From assembly GCA_032718475.1 (NCBI GenBank), contig JAUCBJ010001284.1, positions 1-39,486 on the forward strand: 39,486 bases of DNA, given 5' to 3'. Shown here piece after piece: positions 37,439-39,486 of the stretch (positions within the stretch are counted from its first letter, which is position 1; each line of letters begins with the position of its first letter). The position numbers and the translations under genes are program-made. Source of the stretch: Nemertoderma westbladi (lineage: Eukaryota > Animalia > Xenacoelomorpha). The notes beneath the pieces are model-generated. The model saw only the letters and a list, made by a program, of their open reading frames with translations. It had not been told where the DNA came from and made no database searches.

Positions 37439-39486
37439 GAAGTGAGGGAAGTGAGGGAAGTGAGGGAGTGAGTGAGGGAGTGAGTGAGGGAAGTGAGGGA
37501 AGTGAGGGAAGTGAGGGAAATGAGGGAAGTGAGGCAGTGAGGGAAGTGAGGGAAGTGAGGCAGTGGGGGAAGTGAGGGAAGTGAGGGAAGTGAGGCAGTG
37601 AGGGAAGTGAGGCAGTGAGGGAAGTGAGGCAGTGAGGGAAGTGAGGCAGTGAGGGAGTGAGTGAGGGAAGTGAGGGAGTGAGTGAGGCATAGTGAGGGAA
37701 GTGAGGGAAGTGAGGGAAGTGAGGGAAGTGAGGGAAGTGAGGGAAGTGAGGGAAGTGAGGGAGTGAGTGAAGGAAGTGAGGGAAGTGAGGGAAGTGAGGG
37801 AGTGAGTGAGGGAAGTGAGGGAAGTGAGGGAAGTGAGGGAAGTGAGGGAAGTGAGGGAAGTGAGGGAAGTGAGGGAAGTGAGGGAAGTGAGGGAGAGAGT
37901 GAGGGAAGTGAGGGAAGTGAGGGAAGTGAGGGAAGTGAGGGAAGTGAGGGAGAGAGTGAGGGAAGTGAGGGAAGTGAGGGAAGTGAGGGAAGTGAGGGAA
38001 GTGAGGGAAGTGAGGGAGTGAGTGAGGGAGTGAGTGAGGGAAGTGAGGGAAGTGAGGGAAGTGAGGGAAGTGAGGGAAGTGAGGGAAGTGAGGGAGTGAG
38101 TGAGGGAAGTGAGGGAAGTGAGGGAAGTGAGGGAAGTGAGGGAAGTGAGGGAAGTGAGGGAAGTGAGGGAGTGAGTGAGGGAGTGAGTGAGGGAAGTGAG
38201 GGAAGTGAGGGAAGTGAGGGAAGTGAGGGAAGTGAGGGAAGTGAGGGAAGTGAGGGAGTGAGTGAGGGAAGTGAGGGAAGTGAGGGAAGTGAGGGAAGTG
38301 AGGGAAGTGAGGGAAGTGAGTGAGGGAAGTGAGGGAAGTGAGTGAGGGAAGTGAGGGAAGTGAGGGAAGTGAGGGAGTGAGTGAGGGAAGTGAGGGAAGT
38401 GAGGGAAGTGAGGGAAGTGAGGGAGTGAGTGAGGGAAGTGAGGGAAGTGACTTTGCTATAAAATAAAAAACTAAATAATAATAATAAGTTTGGGAAGGTT
38501 TCGCGGGGTTGATATTTATTTTGAGGCAATAATGTTAAAACTAAACGAATTCATAAAAATACAATGAGTGAGGGAAGTGAGGGAAGTGAGGGAAGTGAGG
38601 GAAATGAGGGAAGTGAGGCAGTGAGGGAAGTGAGGGAAGTGAGGCAGTGGGGAAGTGAGGGAAGTGAGGGAAGTGAGGGAAGTGGCAGTGAGGGAAGTGA
38701 GGCAGTGAGGGAAGTGAGGCAGTGAGGGAAGTGAGGCAGTGAGGGAAGTGAGGGAAGTGAGGGAAGTGAGGGAAGTGAGGGAGTGAGTGAGGCAAGTGAG
38801 GGAAGTGAGGGAAGTGAGGGAAGTGAGGGAAGTGAGGGAAGTGAGGGAAGTGAGGGAAGTGAGGGAAGTGAGGGAGTGAGTGAAGGAAGTGAGGGAAGTG
38901 AGGGAAGTGAGGGAGTGAGTGAGGGAAGTGAGGGAAGTGAGGGAAGTGAGGGAAGTGAGGGAAGTGAGGGAAGTGAGGGAAGTGAGGGAAGTGAGGGAAG
39001 TGAGGGAAGTGAGGGAAGTGAGGGAAGTGAGGGAAGTGAGGGAAGTGAGGGAAGTGAGGGAGAGAGTGAGGGAAGTGAGGGAAGTCACTTCCCTCACTTC
39101 CCTCACTTCCCTCACTTCCCTCACTCACTCCCTCACTTCCCTCACTTCCCTCACTTCCCTCACTTCCCTCACTCACTCCCTCACTTCCCTCACTTCCCTC
39201 ACTTCCCTCACTTCCCTCACTCACTTCCCTCACTTCCCTCACTTCCCTCACTTCCCTCACTTCCCTCACTTCCCTCACTTCCCTCACTTCCCTCACTTCC
39301 CTCACTTCCCTCACTTCCCTCACTTCCCTCACTTCCCTCACTTCCCTCACTTCCCTCACTTCCCTCACTCACTCCCTCACTTCCCTCACTTCCCTCACTT
39401 CCCTCACTGCCTCACTTCCCTCACTGCCTCACTTCCCTCACTGCCTCACTTCCCTCACTGCCTCACTTCCCTCACTTCCCTCACTT
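37439..39486. repeat. Telomere-like (GTGAGGGAA)n satellite with GAGT and GAGGCAGT variants, a unique island at ~38451-38563, and polarity inversion at 39086
   Basis: G-strand up to 39085, junction GGGAAGT-C-ACTTCCC, then C-strand to the window end. Confidence 0.97.

Larger units (their letters stand above)
35455..39486 (+). mobile_element. Right copy of the AGTAGT-terminated zinc-finger/satellite module; runs off the window
   Basis: Starts AGTAGTAATGG. Inverted near-identity to 2779-4762 over 1984 bp, then ~2 kb of satellite. Confidence 0.72.

Noticed and set aside
37382-39368. ORFs of SEG, LPS, PHF, REV and LTS repeats (also 2623-2835)
   Set aside because: These are translations of a stop-free 9-bp satellite in several frames.
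37439-39486. True chromosome end
   Set aside because: The array inverts and continues, and a second copy is interstitial at 2617-2778.

Overview
This is AT-rich eukaryotic (animal, probably invertebrate) genomic DNA dominated by repeats. Host genes: a two-exon UBE2D/Ubc4-5 ubiquitin-conjugating enzyme (minus strand, 147 aa) and a probable small secreted-peptide gene (minus strand) next to a 96-copy 43-bp satellite. The centre (17582-33407) is a six-level nest of DNA transposons, most with both termini and target-site duplications (TSDs) readable. It includes a defective P-element/THAP transposon, a hAT MITE, elements with CAGT ends and 5-bp TSDs, and satellite-filled elements with asymmetric G/C ends and 8-bp TSDs. 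The most unusual feature is two near-identical inverted copies (2617-4762 and 35455->39486) of a module with the same order: AGTAGT terminus with stacked hairpins, TATA box, intact 322-aa C2H2 zinc-finger/acidic ORF, then a telomere-like (GTGAGGGAA)n array that reverses polarity. It resembles a Polinton/Maverick-type terminus or a foldback derivative of one, but no polymerase, integrase or capsid gene is in the window. Family assignments come from reading by eye, without database searches.
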